64,000 bases of DNA from Dehalococcoidia bacterium (GCA_965211635.1 OZ242948.1:2364241-2428240); one strand, 5' to 3'. Positions 1 through 10,532 are shown, numbered from the stretch's first letter. Numbers and translations: made by a program. Notes: generated from the letters alone by a model not told the origin.

Positions 1-2391
1 ACCATGGTCGTCGAGCGCCAGTCTGCCGAGGTCGCGTTGCTCAAATCGCGAGGCGCTGGCCTCGGCCACATCATGTCGATCTCCACCCTTGAAGGACTGC
101 TGCTCGTCGCCCTGGCGATGGGATTGGGACCGCTGGTCGCCCGCGAGGCCATCGCCTTCCTCGGCTTCTCGCCCGCGTTCGAAGGTCTCACCGGCGGCGC
201 GCGTCTCAGCGTCGAGCTCAACGGCGAGGTGTACATCTGGGCGGCAATCGGCGCGGCGCTCAGTTTCATCGCCCTAATCTGGCCCGCCTGGCGCTCCAAT
301 CGCGCCACCGTCGTCCACTACGTCCGCTCAACCTCAAGGCCCGAAGACAAACCAGTCTTCCAGCGCTACTACCTCGACCTTGTCGTTGTCGGCGTCGGCG
401 CCTTGCTCTTCTTCCAGCTCCAGGAGTCCGGCTCCCTGGTCACCGAGGACCTGTTTGGCGGACTCCAGCAAGACCCGCTCCTGCTGATCGCGCCTGCCGT
501 CTTCGTCGTCACCGTTGCCGTTCTCTTCCTCAGGCTCTTCCCACTGCTCTTGTCGGCATTCGGTGGCATCGCCCGACTCGTCGGCGGCGCGTCGATGCAG
601 ATGGTCCTCTGGCACCTGACCCGAGCGCCGGTCCAACCCGGACGCCTCGCATTGCTGCTGATCATGGCCACCTCGCTGGGAATGTTCGGTGGGACCTTCG
701 GAGCCACGCTGGACAAGTCATTCGACGATCGCGCCGCCTACCAATCCGGAGCGCAGCTGCGCCTCGCCGATCTGCGCAGCTCCGGCGCCTCCGTCGAGAT
801 GATCGAGGAGGACCTCGCCGAGGCCCCCGGTGTCGCCGATTCGTCGATCGTTCTACGCACCAATGCCTCCTTCTCGCGCGGCGCCCTCGATGTCACCGAC
901 GCCACCGTTCTCGGCGTTGACCCCGAATCCTTCTCCGACGTCCTCTGGTACCGCGAGGACTTTGCCCTCGAAGACATCCGCTCGCTCGTCAGCCGCGCCG
1001 TCGGACCCGAGTTCGAGGTCGAAGAGATCCGAGTTCCTGCCGAGGCGAACTTCGTTGGTGTCTGGTTCTGGCTGCCCGACACCAGCGGAGTGATCAACCC
1101 AAGCCTGCGCCTCGTCGACTCACAGGGACGCTATCGCGACCTGCAGCTCATCGGACTCCCGCGAGGGCGCGGCTTCGGTCGCAGCGCCGAGATCGCTGAA
1201 GGCTGGCGCTTCCTCTACGGCGATCTGCGACAGGGACCGGGTGCCCCACATGTCGGTCCCTGGCTCTTGCACGGCATCTCGATTCGCACAGCCGGCTCGA
1301 CCAACTTCTCCGGTACGGTCGGCTACGACGCGGTTCAGTACAGCACCCAGACCGAGCTTCCCGAGAACATCATCGATCTCGGATTCGACAACGGTGTGGT
1401 CATCGAGAGCTTCGAGCAGCAGGGCCGCTGGACTGTCCTCACCGACACCACTCGTGATGGCGCGCTGCCGGATGACGCGCGCCTGACCGCCGAACAGGCC
1501 TACGACGGCGACCTCGGCATGCGCTACGTCTGGAACCGCCAGGTCCGCACCGGACTGCCCCGCGGCGTTCGACTCGCCGGGCCCGATGCGCCTGTTCCCG
1601 TCGTCGTCAGCCGCGAGTTCCTGACCGAGGCCTCGCTCGATGTCGGAGCCGTCATTCGTCTCAATCTCTCCAGCGTCTATGTACCGGTCGAGATCGTCGG
1701 CAGCTTCGACCTGTTCCCAACCTGGGATCCTGAGGATGCTCGCTCGCTGATCATCGCCAACCGCGACTACCTCTTCTATCGCGTTAACCGCAACCCGGCT
1801 ACGGTCGGCGCTCTGGCGCCCAACGAAGTCTGGATCGAACCGGTCAGCGACGATGGACTGCGCCAGCTCCGTACCTGGCTCGAGGTCACACCGCCCTGGC
1901 GCCACGACGCCTACGATGTCGACGCGATCCGCAACCTGCAGGACGAAGACCCGCTGGTCGCCGCCGGCTGGGAAGGCCTGCTCTTCCTTACCTTCATCGC
2001 CATCGTCATGCTGGCCGCGCTGGGATTCCTCGTCGCTTCCGTCCTCGTCGCCCAGCAACAACAGGGTGAATTCGCGGTCCTCAGAACGGTGGGTTTCTCC
2101 CTACCTCAAGTGCTGCTGGTCGTGGGCATCGAGAAGATCCTGATCATCGCCGTCTCGATGGCGTTGGGCACGGCCGTCGGTCTCCAGCTCGGCACGATGA
2201 TGCTCGAGTTCGTCGGCTTCGTCGAGACCGGCGAGACCGTCCTGCCGCCCTTCGTCACCGTCACCGACTGGGCCACCATCGGCGGCGCTTACAGCGTGCT
2301 CGGCCTCGTCTTCCTCGGCGCCATCGGCATCATCGTCGCCCTCTACATGCGCATGACCATTGGCCAAATCCTCCGCATCGGCGCCGACTAA
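1..2391 (+). CDS. Large FtsX/MacB-like ABC transporter permease (5'-truncated by window edge)
   Basis: Two FtsX-type motifs (ERQSAEVALLKSRGA; QQGEFAVLRTVGFS), several TM segments and a large extracytoplasmic domain; frame is open to position 1. Confidence 0.85.
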   Translation, partial: TMVVERQSAEVALLKSRGAGLGHIMSISTLEGLLLVALAMGLGPLVAREAIAFLGFSPAFEGLTGGARLSVELNGEVYIWAAIGAALSFIALIWPAWRSNRATVVHYVRSTSRPEDKPVFQRYYLDLVVVGVGALLFFQLQESGSLVTEDLFGGLQQDPLLLIAPAVFVVTVAVLFLRLFPLLLSAFGGIARLVGGASMQMVLWHLTRAPVQPGRLALLLIMATSLGMFGGTFGATLDKSFDDRAAYQSGAQLRLADLRSSGASVEMIEEDLAEAPGVADSSIVLRTNASFSRGALDVTDATVLGVDPESFSDVLWYREDFALEDIRSLVSRAVGPEFEVEEIRVPAEANFVGVWFWLPDTSGVINPSLRLVDSQGRYRDLQLIGLPRGRGFGRSAEIAEGWRFLYGDLRQGPGAPHVGPWLLHGISIRTAGSTNFSGTVGYDAVQYSTQTELPENIIDLGFDNGVVIESFEQQGRWTVLTDTTRDGALPDDARLTAEQAYDGDLGMRYVWNRQVRTGLPRGVRLAGPDAPVPVVVSREFLTEASLDVGAVIRLNLSSVYVPVEIVGSFDLFPTWDPEDARSLIIANRDYLFYRVNRNPATVGALAPNEVWIEPVSDDGLRQLRTWLEVTPPWRHDAYDVDAIRNLQDEDPLVAAGWEGLLFLTFIAIVMLAALGFLVASVLVAQQQQGEFAVLRTVGFSLPQVLLVVGIEKILIIAVSMALGTAVGLQLGTMMLEFVGFVETGETVLPPFVTVTDWATIGGAYSVLGLVFLGAIGIIVALYMRMTIGQILRIGAD

Positions 2392-2398
2392 CGCATCT

Positions 2399-2428
2399 CG
2401 ATTCCCGCTTCACGCAGGAGTCCGCTCG
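2399..2428 (-). repeat. Family E palindromic repeat copy
   Basis: Minus strand CGAGCGGACTCCTGCGTGAAGCGGGAATCG resembles GAGCGGGTCCCCGCGTGAAGCGGGGACTGG at 54734; lies between convergent genes. Confidence 0.65.
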
Positions 2429-2457
2429 CCCGCCACCTACGCCGGCGCGACCGCCGT

Positions 2458-3930
2458 TTACCCGCCTCCGCCTCCGCCGCCCGCGCCACCACCACCCGCT
2501 CCGGTTCCTAGACGCTCTGCCGCTGAGTGCTGCGGAGCCTGACGTGTCGCCATCGCGTTGACTGCCTGCACCGCATGCGCTGCCGCCGCTGAGGCTCGCT
2601 CTGCCGCAGCGACCGTAGCTGCTCGAATCCGACTCTCCTCAACCAACCCGCCGTGACGCAGTGTCGCCCGCAACCGTGGCATGCCCAGCGCCCAGAGGAT
2701 GAGCGCAATCGCAAACAGAATTCCCGGCACGACCAGCAGGAACCGTACGTTGATGAAGTCCGCCGCTAATCCGTTGACCAGGATCATCAGCGCCATGATG
2801 CCCCCGGCGAACATCGCGTATAGCGACATCACGCGACCGCGGATCGCGTCCGGCACCACCGATTGAATCATCACGGAACTGAGCGCCATGAACATCGCCT
2901 GGCTCGATCCCGCAAGGGCCGCTCCGAGAATCGCGATTGGCAGTGTGCCCGCCAGTCCAAGGACGGGCAGTGAGAGGCCGCTGGCGACTCCTGTAAAGAG
3001 CATCAGTCGACCGCGGATTGGACCATCGGGCACCATCGACAACGCGATAGTGGCCACCAGCGCTCCGCCCCCGACACCCATCAGCAGGTAACCGAATTCG
3101 CTCTCGCTTCCGAGCAGAACGTCAACTGCAAAGGCGCGAAGGAGGGCATCGAACGACATCGCCAGCATGCAGTGGACAGCGGTCAGTGCAATCAGCATCC
3201 GCACGCCTTTGGCCACACCCAGGTAACGCAATCCTTCGCGTACGTGGGCTGCTGCATCGACGAGAATGCCGCTGAAGTGAGTCGAGCCGCCGACGATTCC
3301 GCCGGTCGAGCGAACCGTGATGCGCGTCAACTGCCAGACCGAGATCAACAGCAGCACCGCAGCACCGGCGAACACCCATTCCGGACCAAGTTCCTTCATC
3401 ACCGGACCGGCGACCGGGCCGATCACCCGCGATCCGAACTGCATCATCGACGCCAACGTGATCGCCGACAGCAGCGCCGCCATCTTGACCGTGTTGGGCA
3501 ACAACGCGGCCTGCGCCGGCATCTCGCCCGAGCGAATCACACCGGACAGGAACGTGATCAGGATTAGATTCCACAGGGAGATCTGATCGGTGAACGCCAG
3601 CAACGCCAGCAGTGCGGCCAGCACAGCCGCCCCGAGCCGACAGATCATCACCACCCGCGCCCGATCGAACCGATCGGCGAAGGCGCCTCCGATTGGAGCC
3701 AGAACCCAGGGACCAATCGCCGCGAAGTAGACGACGCCGACCGCCCAGTTGGCATCGGCCAACTCCCCCGCGAGCCATCCCCGAGCCGTAATCAGCGCCC
3801 ACAGGGACACCGCCGAGAGTCCCGCCGAGTAGAACAGTTTGCGGTACTCGACGGACTCCATCGCCGGGAATATCCGCAGCATGCGCCCGGGCTGCTGCGT
3901 CCCCGGCTCCATACTCCCCGATTGCGACAT
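2458..3930 (-). CDS. MFS transporter (EntS/MFS_3-like), paralog 1, poly-Gly C-terminus
   Basis: Motif A GGAFADRFDRARV, C-half PDAIRGRVMS, about 12 hydrophobic segments; start taken at MSQSGSM (3930). Confidence 0.9.
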   Translation of the reverse strand: MSQSGSMEPGTQQPGRMLRIFPAMESVEYRKLFYSAGLSAVSLWALITARGWLAGELADANWAVGVVYFAAIGPWVLAPIGGAFADRFDRARVVMICRLGAAVLAALLALLAFTDQISLWNLILITFLSGVIRSGEMPAQAALLPNTVKMAALLSAITLASMMQFGSRVIGPVAGPVMKELGPEWVFAGAAVLLLISVWQLTRITVRSTGGIVGGSTHFSGILVDAAAHVREGLRYLGVAKGVRMLIALTAVHCMLAMSFDALLRAFAVDVLLGSESEFGYLLMGVGGGALVATIALSMVPDGPIRGRLMLFTGVASGLSLPVLGLAGTLPIAILGAALAGSSQAMFMALSSVMIQSVVPDAIRGRVMSLYAMFAGGIMALMILVNGLAADFINVRFLLVVPGILFAIALILWALGMPRLRATLRHGGLVEESRIRAATVAAAERASAAAAHAVQAVNAMATRQAPQHSAAERLGTGAGGGGAGGGGGGG

Positions 3931-3993
3931 CGATTGACTCCGCTCTCCCACTGACCACGCGGCGGCGTCTGGCCGCCTGCTCGGCACTGCAGG

Positions 3994-5430
3994 TTAGTCG
4001 CCGCCGCTGCCCAGCCGCTCCTCGACCACGCTCCGCTGAGGCGCCGGACGCGACGCCAGGACCACGGGCCGCAGCGCAGCGGAGGCCGTCGCCGCCGCTT
4101 GCCGAGCAACCTCACGCGCCATCCGCCGACCCTCCTCAACAAGTTCGCCGTTGCGAATCACTGACCGGATCCCTGGTAGGACCAACGCGGCAAGCATGAT
4201 CGCAGCGAAAACAAAGCCGGGCCCAACCAACAGCAGACGAATGCTGATGTAATCCGCCGCCAGCCCATTGACCAGGATCATCACTGCCATGATCCCTCCC
4301 GCGAACATCATGTAGAGGCTCATCACGCGACCACGCACGGCGTCGGGCAGAACAGCCTGGATCATGGCGCTGGTCAGGACCATGAACATCGCCTGACTTG
4401 CCCCCGCAATCACGCTTCCGATCAACGCCATCAGCAACGAATCCACCAATCCGACCCAGACCAGGGAAAGCCCAGAAACAATCCCCGCGACGATGAAAAC
4501 GCGCCCGCGGATGGCGCCAATCGGCAACATCGACAATCCCACCGACGAAACCAGCGCACCACTGCCGAGCGCCATCAGCAGGTATCCGTACTCCGACTGC
4601 CCACCGCCCAGGATCAGGTCTGCGTAGGCCGGCAACAGCGAGAAGTCGAAGGCCATCGTGAACATGCAGTGCAACGAGACCATGATGATCATCAACCGCA
4701 CCGACGGCGTACGACCGAGATAGCGCAATCCATCGCGGATATGACTAACGGTGTCGCGAAGTAGTCCGCCCGTGTGACCCGCGATGCCGCCCGTCGATCG
4801 AGTGGTCATCCGGGTCATTTGCAGAATCGACAGCATCAGGAACAACGCCGCCCCAACGAACACCCACTCGGCGCCGAATGCCTGCAGAACTGGACCCGCA
4901 ACCGGGCCAATCACCTTGGACCCGAACTGCATCATCGAGGCCATCGTGACCGCGCTCAACAAGGCATGCAGCTTGACCGTGTTCGGCAACAGCGCCTGCA
5001 GCGCCGGCATCTCTCCCGAGCGAATGATGCCCGAGATCAACGTGATGATTACCAGATTCCAAATCGTCAACTGACCGCTGAACGCCAGGAAGGCAAGTCC
5101 GAGCGCGCACAATGCCGCCCCGCAGCGGCAGATGATCACGATCCTGGCACGATCGAAGCGGTCCGCCAGCGCGCCTGCGAACGGCGCCAGCACCCACGGA
5201 AAAATCGCCGCAAAGGTGACAATCCCGGTGCCCGATGGATTGCCGGTCAGCTCATAGCCCAGCCAGCCACTAGCGACGATCATCGCCCACAGAGAAACCG
5301 AAGAGAGCCCCGCCGCGTAGAACATACGGCGGTACTCGAGATATTCCAGGGCTGGGAATATGCGCAACAGCCAACCCGGCTGCGCAGGTTTCCGCAGCGT
5401 TGGGGAACGGCTCGGGGCCTGTTGACTCAT
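3994..5430 (-). CDS. MFS transporter (EntS/MFS_3-like), paralog 2
   Basis: AGALADRFDRARI and PDAVRGRVMS; clearly paralogous to the neighbour (shared RSGEMPA.QA.LLPNTVK, ASMMQFGS.VIGPVAGP). Confidence 0.9.
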   Translation of the reverse strand: MSQQAPSRSPTLRKPAQPGWLLRIFPALEYLEYRRMFYAAGLSSVSLWAMIVASGWLGYELTGNPSGTGIVTFAAIFPWVLAPFAGALADRFDRARIVIICRCGAALCALGLAFLAFSGQLTIWNLVIITLISGIIRSGEMPALQALLPNTVKLHALLSAVTMASMMQFGSKVIGPVAGPVLQAFGAEWVFVGAALFLMLSILQMTRMTTRSTGGIAGHTGGLLRDTVSHIRDGLRYLGRTPSVRLMIIMVSLHCMFTMAFDFSLLPAYADLILGGGQSEYGYLLMALGSGALVSSVGLSMLPIGAIRGRVFIVAGIVSGLSLVWVGLVDSLLMALIGSVIAGASQAMFMVLTSAMIQAVLPDAVRGRVMSLYMMFAGGIMAVMILVNGLAADYISIRLLLVGPGFVFAAIMLAALVLPGIRSVIRNGELVEEGRRMAREVARQAAATASAALRPVVLASRPAPQRSVVEERLGSGGD

Positions 5431-5551
5431 CAGCTACCGCCTGAATCGCTCAATCCACCGCATGGTACGGCTTGACGAACGTTCTTGACCAGCCCTGAGG
5501 GTACGCTAACCGCGAGCAAGCCAACCGACTCAGCCGAAGCAGGCAGCGCCA

Positions 5552-7234
5552 ATGACCTCTCAAGACCACCTTCGCGAACGATCCAGCGTCCTCGTCGACG
5601 GACCCAGCCGCGCCGCCGCGCGCTCACAGCTCTACTCCGTCGGCTTCGACGACGAGGCTCTTTCCAAACCGCTAGTCATGGTCGCCCACAACTGGATCGG
5701 CACCATGCCCTGCAACTTCTCGCACCGCGAGCTCGCCCAGGACGTGATGCGCGGCATCCGCGAGGCCGGCGGCACGCCGATGGAAGTCAACACCGTCTCG
5801 ATCTCCGACGGCATCACGATGGGCACCGAGGGCATGAAGGCTTCGCTCGTCTCGCGCGAGATCATCACAGACTCAATCGAGCTCTGCGCCGTCGGCTACG
5901 CCTTCGACGCGGCCGTTGTGATCTGCGGCTGCGACAAGACCATCCCCGCTGCCGCCATGGCAATGGCCCGGATCAACATCCCCTCGGTCGCGCTCTACTC
6001 CGGCTCGATCGCCCCCGGACGCCACCACGACGGCCGCGACCTCACCATCCAGGACGTCTTCGAGGCCGTCGGCCAGCACTCTGCCGGCACGATCGACGAC
6101 CACGAGCTGCACCAGGTCGCGCTCAACGCCTGCCCCGGGGCAGGCGCATGCGGCGCGCAATACACCGCCAACACCATGGCCACCACGCTCGAGTTCCTCG
6201 GCCTCTCGCCGATGGGCTCCGCCACCGTCGGCGCCACCGACCCGCGCAAACACAACGTCGGCGAAGCCGCCGGTCAGCTCGTCATGGATGTCCTCCGCCG
6301 CGGCCTCAAGCCGCGCGACATCCTCACCCGCGAAGCCTTCGAGAACGGCATCGCCTGCGCCGCCTCGACCGGCGGCTCGACCAACGTCGTCCTCCACCTG
6401 CTCGCCCTCGCCCGCGAAGCCGGTGTCGAACTCAGCATCGACGACTTCGACAAAATCTCCGAGCGCACCCCGTTAATCGGCGACCTCCGACCGGGCGGCC
6501 GCTACGTCGCGCTCGACATGGACCGCGCCGGCGGCACCCCGCTACTGGCCAAGCGCCTGCTCGAAGGCGGCAAGCTCCACGGCGACGCCGCAACCGTCAC
6601 CGGACAGACCATCGCCGAAGCTGCCTCAGGCGCAGAAGAGACGCCCGGGCAGGACGTCATCTTGCCCGTCGACCAGGCGCTCAAGGAGACGGGCGGACTG
6701 GTCATCCTCAAAGGTTCGCTCGCGCCCGAGGGTTGCGTCGTCAAGGTCGCCGGCTACGAGCGACAGCTCCAGACCGGTCCCGCCCGCGTATTCGAGCGCG
6801 AAGAAGACGCCATGGACGCCGTCACCCACAACCGGATCAACGCCGGCGACATCGTCGTCATCCGCTACGAGGGACCCAAAGGCGGCCCAGGCATGAGGGA
6901 AATGCTCGGCGTCACCGCCGCAATCGTCGGCGCCGGTCTGGGAGAATCCGTCGCCCTGCTCACCGACGGCCGCTTCTCCGGCGCCACGCGAGGCCTGATG
7001 GCCGGCCACGTCGCCCCCGAGGCATTCGTCGGCGGGCCCATCGCCCTGGTCGAAGAGGGAGATCAAATCACCCTCGACATCGCCAACCGCCAGCTCAACC
7101 TCGATGTCGACGAAGCCGAGCTCGCCCGCCGCCGAGCCAACTGGTCACCCCCAACCCCCAACTACGCCAACGGAGTCTTCGCCAAGTACGCCACCCTCGT
7201 CTCCGGAGCCGAACGCGGCGCCGTCACGAGCTAG
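5552..7234 (+). CDS. ilvD: Dihydroxy-acid dehydratase
   Basis: [41 protein letters not shown] and TDGRFSG motifs; 560 aa. Confidence 0.97.
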   Translation: MTSQDHLRERSSVLVDGPSRAAARSQLYSVGFDDEALSKPLVMVAHNWIGTMPCNFSHRELAQDVMRGIREAGGTPMEVNTVSISDGITMGTEGMKASLVSREIITDSIELCAVGYAFDAAVVICGCDKTIPAAAMAMARINIPSVALYSGSIAPGRHHDGRDLTIQDVFEAVGQHSAGTIDDHELHQVALNACPGAGACGAQYTANTMATTLEFLGLSPMGSATVGATDPRKHNVGEAAGQLVMDVLRRGLKPRDILTREAFENGIACAASTGGSTNVVLHLLALAREAGVELSIDDFDKISERTPLIGDLRPGGRYVALDMDRAGGTPLLAKRLLEGGKLHGDAATVTGQTIAEAASGAEETPGQDVILPVDQALKETGGLVILKGSLAPEGCVVKVAGYERQLQTGPARVFEREEDAMDAVTHNRINAGDIVVIRYEGPKGGPGMREMLGVTAAIVGAGLGESVALLTDGRFSGATRGLMAGHVAPEAFVGGPIALVEEGDQITLDIANRQLNLDVDEAELARRRANWSPPTPNYANGVFAKYATLVSGAERGAVTS

Positions 7235-7247
7235 GTACGCTAATCCT

Positions 7248-8633
7248 ATGCCAGTCATGGATAGCGTCACCCTCGAGAACTTCCGCTGCTTCCGAGAGAG
7301 GCAGACGGTGAAGCTAGCCCCGCTCACCCTGTTGGTTGGCGAAAACAGCACTGGCAAGACCTCGTTCTTGGCTCTAGTTCATGCACTGACCGAACTCGTG
7401 TTGAACGGCCACACTCCTACCTTCAAACAAGCCCCGTTTGATCTAGGGAGTTTCGACGAAATCGCGTACAAGCAGAAAGCAATGATTGCAGCAGAAGATG
7501 CCTTTTCTGCTGGTCTGTCAACAACGCTGATTTGGGAACCAACAGAGGAGTCCCCACCAATCTCCGAAGTCGAGCCATTGAGCGTGGATTTCTTATTCGG
7601 TCGACCGACTAGTGGCACGACTCCTTCGCTCTGTAGTCAACGTGTGGCCACTAGAGAGGTCTCGATTCTAGAACGATTAGGTGTAAGTGACACACTGTAT
7701 GAGGTGAAACTCGGCACAAGGCGAGGGCAGTGGGGCTTGAGAATCGAGGGCGGCGAGTTTGGTTCCTTCGGTACGTTTCTTAGACTCACCTACGCAGCAA
7801 GCCCACGAGAAGAGCTTGCCAAAATCGTAGGCCCGGTGTTTGAAGCTGTCGATGACTCTCCAACACTGAGTACCCTCGACGCATGGCAGCTTTCTCAGCT
7901 CGACATCCGCTATCGCGCTCGCTTTGCGCAAGACGGGACTAGTGAGCGATCTCTTGCTGCCGCCCCCGTCAGATCGGCTCCTCAGCGGACATACAATCCA
8001 TCCGCAACCCGCTATAGCTCGGAAGGGTCTCACGTACCGTCATACCTAGCAGACTTAGTGCGCAGACAAGATCCGAATTGGATGCCTTTGAAGGAACGCA
8101 TCGAAGCCTTCGGTCGCTCCGCAGACTTGTTCGACGAAATCGAGGTCCGGCCTTCTGATGCGGAGGCAGGCTCTCCGTTGCAGCTTCAGTTTCGTAGAGG
8201 CGACGCCGAAACAGAAACGCCGTTCCGTAACTTGGTCGACGTGGGTTACGGCGTGAGTCAAGTTCTGCCAATAGTGACTGAGTTACTTCAGGCTGACGCT
8301 GCTCCTCAATATCTGGTCCAACAACCAGAAGTTCACTTGCATCCGAGTGCACAAGCGGAGCTGGGCAGTCTGTTTTGCGAGGTCGCAGCCCAGGGACGCC
8401 AACTCATCGTGGAAACACACAGCGACCATTTGATGAATCGGATACGAATGGATGTCAGGGATCAATCAACAGCGCTGCAGCCTCAGGATGTCCTCATACT
8501 TTACTTCGAGCGCCAAGACCAAGACGTGCGCATCCACGAGATCACCATCGACGAACAAGGCAACATCTGCGGAGCACCCGATTCGTATCGAGAGTTCTTC
8601 CGCCTCGAGTCACGCAGGTCCCTGGGCCTGTAA
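7248..8633 (+). CDS. ABC/AAA_15-AAA_21-type ATPase with DUF3696-like C-terminus
   Basis: LENFRCF start, Walker A GENSTGKT, signature-like DVGYGVSQVLP, Walker B region LVQQPEVHLHP, H-loop ETHS; AT-richer core. Confidence 0.88.
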   Translation: MPVMDSVTLENFRCFRERQTVKLAPLTLLVGENSTGKTSFLALVHALTELVLNGHTPTFKQAPFDLGSFDEIAYKQKAMIAAEDAFSAGLSTTLIWEPTEESPPISEVEPLSVDFLFGRPTSGTTPSLCSQRVATREVSILERLGVSDTLYEVKLGTRRGQWGLRIEGGEFGSFGTFLRLTYAASPREELAKIVGPVFEAVDDSPTLSTLDAWQLSQLDIRYRARFAQDGTSERSLAAAPVRSAPQRTYNPSATRYSSEGSHVPSYLADLVRRQDPNWMPLKERIEAFGRSADLFDEIEVRPSDAEAGSPLQLQFRRGDAETETPFRNLVDVGYGVSQVLPIVTELLQADAAPQYLVQQPEVHLHPSAQAELGSLFCEVAAQGRQLIVETHSDHLMNRIRMDVRDQSTALQPQDVLILYFERQDQDVRIHEITIDEQGNICGAPDSYREFFRLESRRSLGL

Positions 8634-8635
8634 CG

Positions 8636-9106
8636 ATGTGCGCCATCCTGGACGCCAACTTGCTTGGTGAAGTGTTCAATCGCAGGCCAGATCCTGCTGC
8701 CGAGCAATTCCGCGCCTGGATGCTGACGAAGCAATGCAGATTGGCAATCGGAGGCAAGCTGCGTCAGGAGCTGGATCGTTCGGATGCGTTCCGCGAGTGG
8801 GCCGTCGATGCAGCATTGGATGGACGCTTGCAGAGTGTGAGCGACGAGGCGGTAGAAGACTTGATGCGAGAGTTGCTCGTCGCGGACGCCTGCCAGTCGG
8901 ACGACGAGCACATCATCGCGCTCGCACAGGTTGGTGGAGCCAGACTCCTTTACTCAAACGACCAAGATCTGGGTGTCGACTTCCGCGACAGCTCGCTACT
9001 GCAACCCAGAGGCCGACTCTTGCCCCTCGGAGAGAGCAGAAATGCAAGGCGTCAGCGAGACAGGTTGCTCAGCCAGCCCGATCTCTGTCCACAGCACCGA
9101 CGATAG
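8636..9106 (+). CDS. PIN-like domain protein (partner of the upstream ATPase)
   Basis: N-terminal AILDAN and C-terminal SDDEHIIALA...LLYSNDQDL acidic motifs of the PIN fold; ATG 2 nt after the ATPase stop. Confidence 0.75.
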   Translation: MCAILDANLLGEVFNRRPDPAAEQFRAWMLTKQCRLAIGGKLRQELDRSDAFREWAVDAALDGRLQSVSDEAVEDLMRELLVADACQSDDEHIIALAQVGGARLLYSNDQDLGVDFRDSSLLQPRGRLLPLGESRNARRQRDRLLSQPDLCPQHRR

Positions 9107-9110
9107 GCAG

Positions 9111-9701
9111 CTACCACCCTCGACGCCGACGCCGTCTCCTGCGACCACCCGAGCTTGACGTGGATGCCTTCAGCATCGCAACGAAGATCGCCCCGACCAG
9201 CTTGAACACCCCGCCGATCAGGATCAGCCACGGCGACTCCGCCGCCTCGCGGCGCTGCTTCTGCTGCGCACGCTTCGCCCGTCGATAATCCCACGGCTTG
9301 ACTGATCCCTGTTGCCCCCAGACGCCCGCGCGCTCGCGCCTGGCATACCGCTCCGAGTCGTCGAAGCCAAGCTCCTCGCCTCCGTACTCCCGGTACCAGT
9401 AGGCCAGTCCAGACTCCACCATCGCGTGATTGGCTGAATCCCGAACCGACCCGCCCTCCGGATACAGAACCCCGACCAGCCGCTGGTAGCGGTCGACATC
9501 CACTACTCGGAGCCGCCACTCGCGACGGCTTTGCACCACGCGCCTCAGGTAGTCGTGCGAATCACGACCCGACCGCTGGTCTTTCTCCGGCGCGTCGATC
9601 CCGTACATGCGCACGGAGTACTCGTCACCACCAGGCAGCCGCACCTTGACCGAATCACCGTCGATCACTCGCACTACGTGAACCGCATAGTCCTCTGCCA
9701 T
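9111..9701 (-). CDS. Thermonuclease (SNase-like) family protein
   Basis: VIDGDS, RMYGIDAPE, DRYQRLVG, GLAY and ARRERAGVW motifs; hydrophobic then poly-Arg C-terminal tail. Confidence 0.92.
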   Translation of the reverse strand: MAEDYAVHVVRVIDGDSVKVRLPGGDEYSVRMYGIDAPEKDQRSGRDSHDYLRRVVQSRREWRLRVVDVDRYQRLVGVLYPEGGSVRDSANHAMVESGLAYWYREYGGEELGFDDSERYARRERAGVWGQQGSVKPWDYRRAKRAQQKQRREAAESPWLILIGGVFKLVGAIFVAMLKASTSSSGGRRRRRRRRGW

Positions 9702-9734
9702 GACCCGGAATATACCTGCGCTACGATCTCCGCC

Positions 9735-10526
9735 ATGACCCGACTACAGATCGCCTCCGACCTCTCCCTCGATGTCGCCGACCAGGGCGACGGTCCCCTC
9801 GTTGTCCTGATCGCCGGCGGCATGATGGATATGGACCAGTGGGCGCCGGTCGCCGATGTCCTGTCCGACTCCTACCGGGTCGTCCGCTACGACCAGCGCG
9901 GAATCGGCGAGTCCGACCAACCGACCGAGGGTTACACCGTCGCTCAGTTCGCCGAGGACGCCGTCAACCTGATCGAAGCGCTCGACAACGGGCCCGCTGT
10001 CCTGATCGGCAACTCGCTCGGCGGCACCGTCGCCATGGCCGCCGCCTTCGCCGCTCCCGAGTCGGTGCGCGGCATCGTCACCTGCGCCACCTCCGCAGGA
10101 CCCACTGGACCGCCCACGCCGCCCGAGTCTATGCAGCACATGATGCGCGGAGCGCAGCTCCCCGTCCCCCAGGCCGCGGCCGCGATGATGGACATCCTCT
10201 TCGCCACCGACTTCATCGACGAACACCCCGACATGCTCGACCAGGCCGTCGAGAAGCGCAGCAAGGGCGCGCCGATGATCGCCACCCTCGGCCCGCTCCA
10301 GTCTGCCCTCGTCTTCGACCCGATCGAGCGCCTCAAGACGCTCGGCATTCCTATGCTCGTATTGCACGGAGAAGAAGACGTCCTCGTCGTCCCCGACCAC
10401 GCCCAACTCCTAGCCGCCGCCGCCGGCGCAGAAGCCAAACTCATCCCCAACGCCGGCCACGCCTTGGTCGTCGAGCAGTCCGATGCAGTCGCAGAAGCCC
10501 TCACCTCGTTCCTCACCGGTCTTTAG
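9735..10526 (+). CDS. Alpha/beta hydrolase
   Basis: YDQRGIGES, nucleophile GNSLGG, HGEED, AGH. Confidence 0.92.
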   Translation: MTRLQIASDLSLDVADQGDGPLVVLIAGGMMDMDQWAPVADVLSDSYRVVRYDQRGIGESDQPTEGYTVAQFAEDAVNLIEALDNGPAVLIGNSLGGTVAMAAAFAAPESVRGIVTCATSAGPTGPPTPPESMQHMMRGAQLPVPQAAAAMMDILFATDFIDEHPDMLDQAVEKRSKGAPMIATLGPLQSALVFDPIERLKTLGIPMLVLHGEEDVLVVPDHAQLLAAAAGAEAKLIPNAGHALVVEQSDAVAEALTSFLTGL

Positions 10527-10532
10527 AATCCC

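Noticed and set aside
5471-5490. GAACGTTC palindrome upstream of ilvD as a LexA box
   Set aside because: Lacks the 4-nt spacer of GAAC-N4-GTTC, and the context is not SOS-related.
5485-7311. Long Arg/Pro-rich alternative ORFs (also 54953-56692, 22705-24138, 27481-28932, 30233-31588)
   Set aside because: Typical shadow frames of high-GC coding sequence; they overlap well-supported genes and lack motifs.
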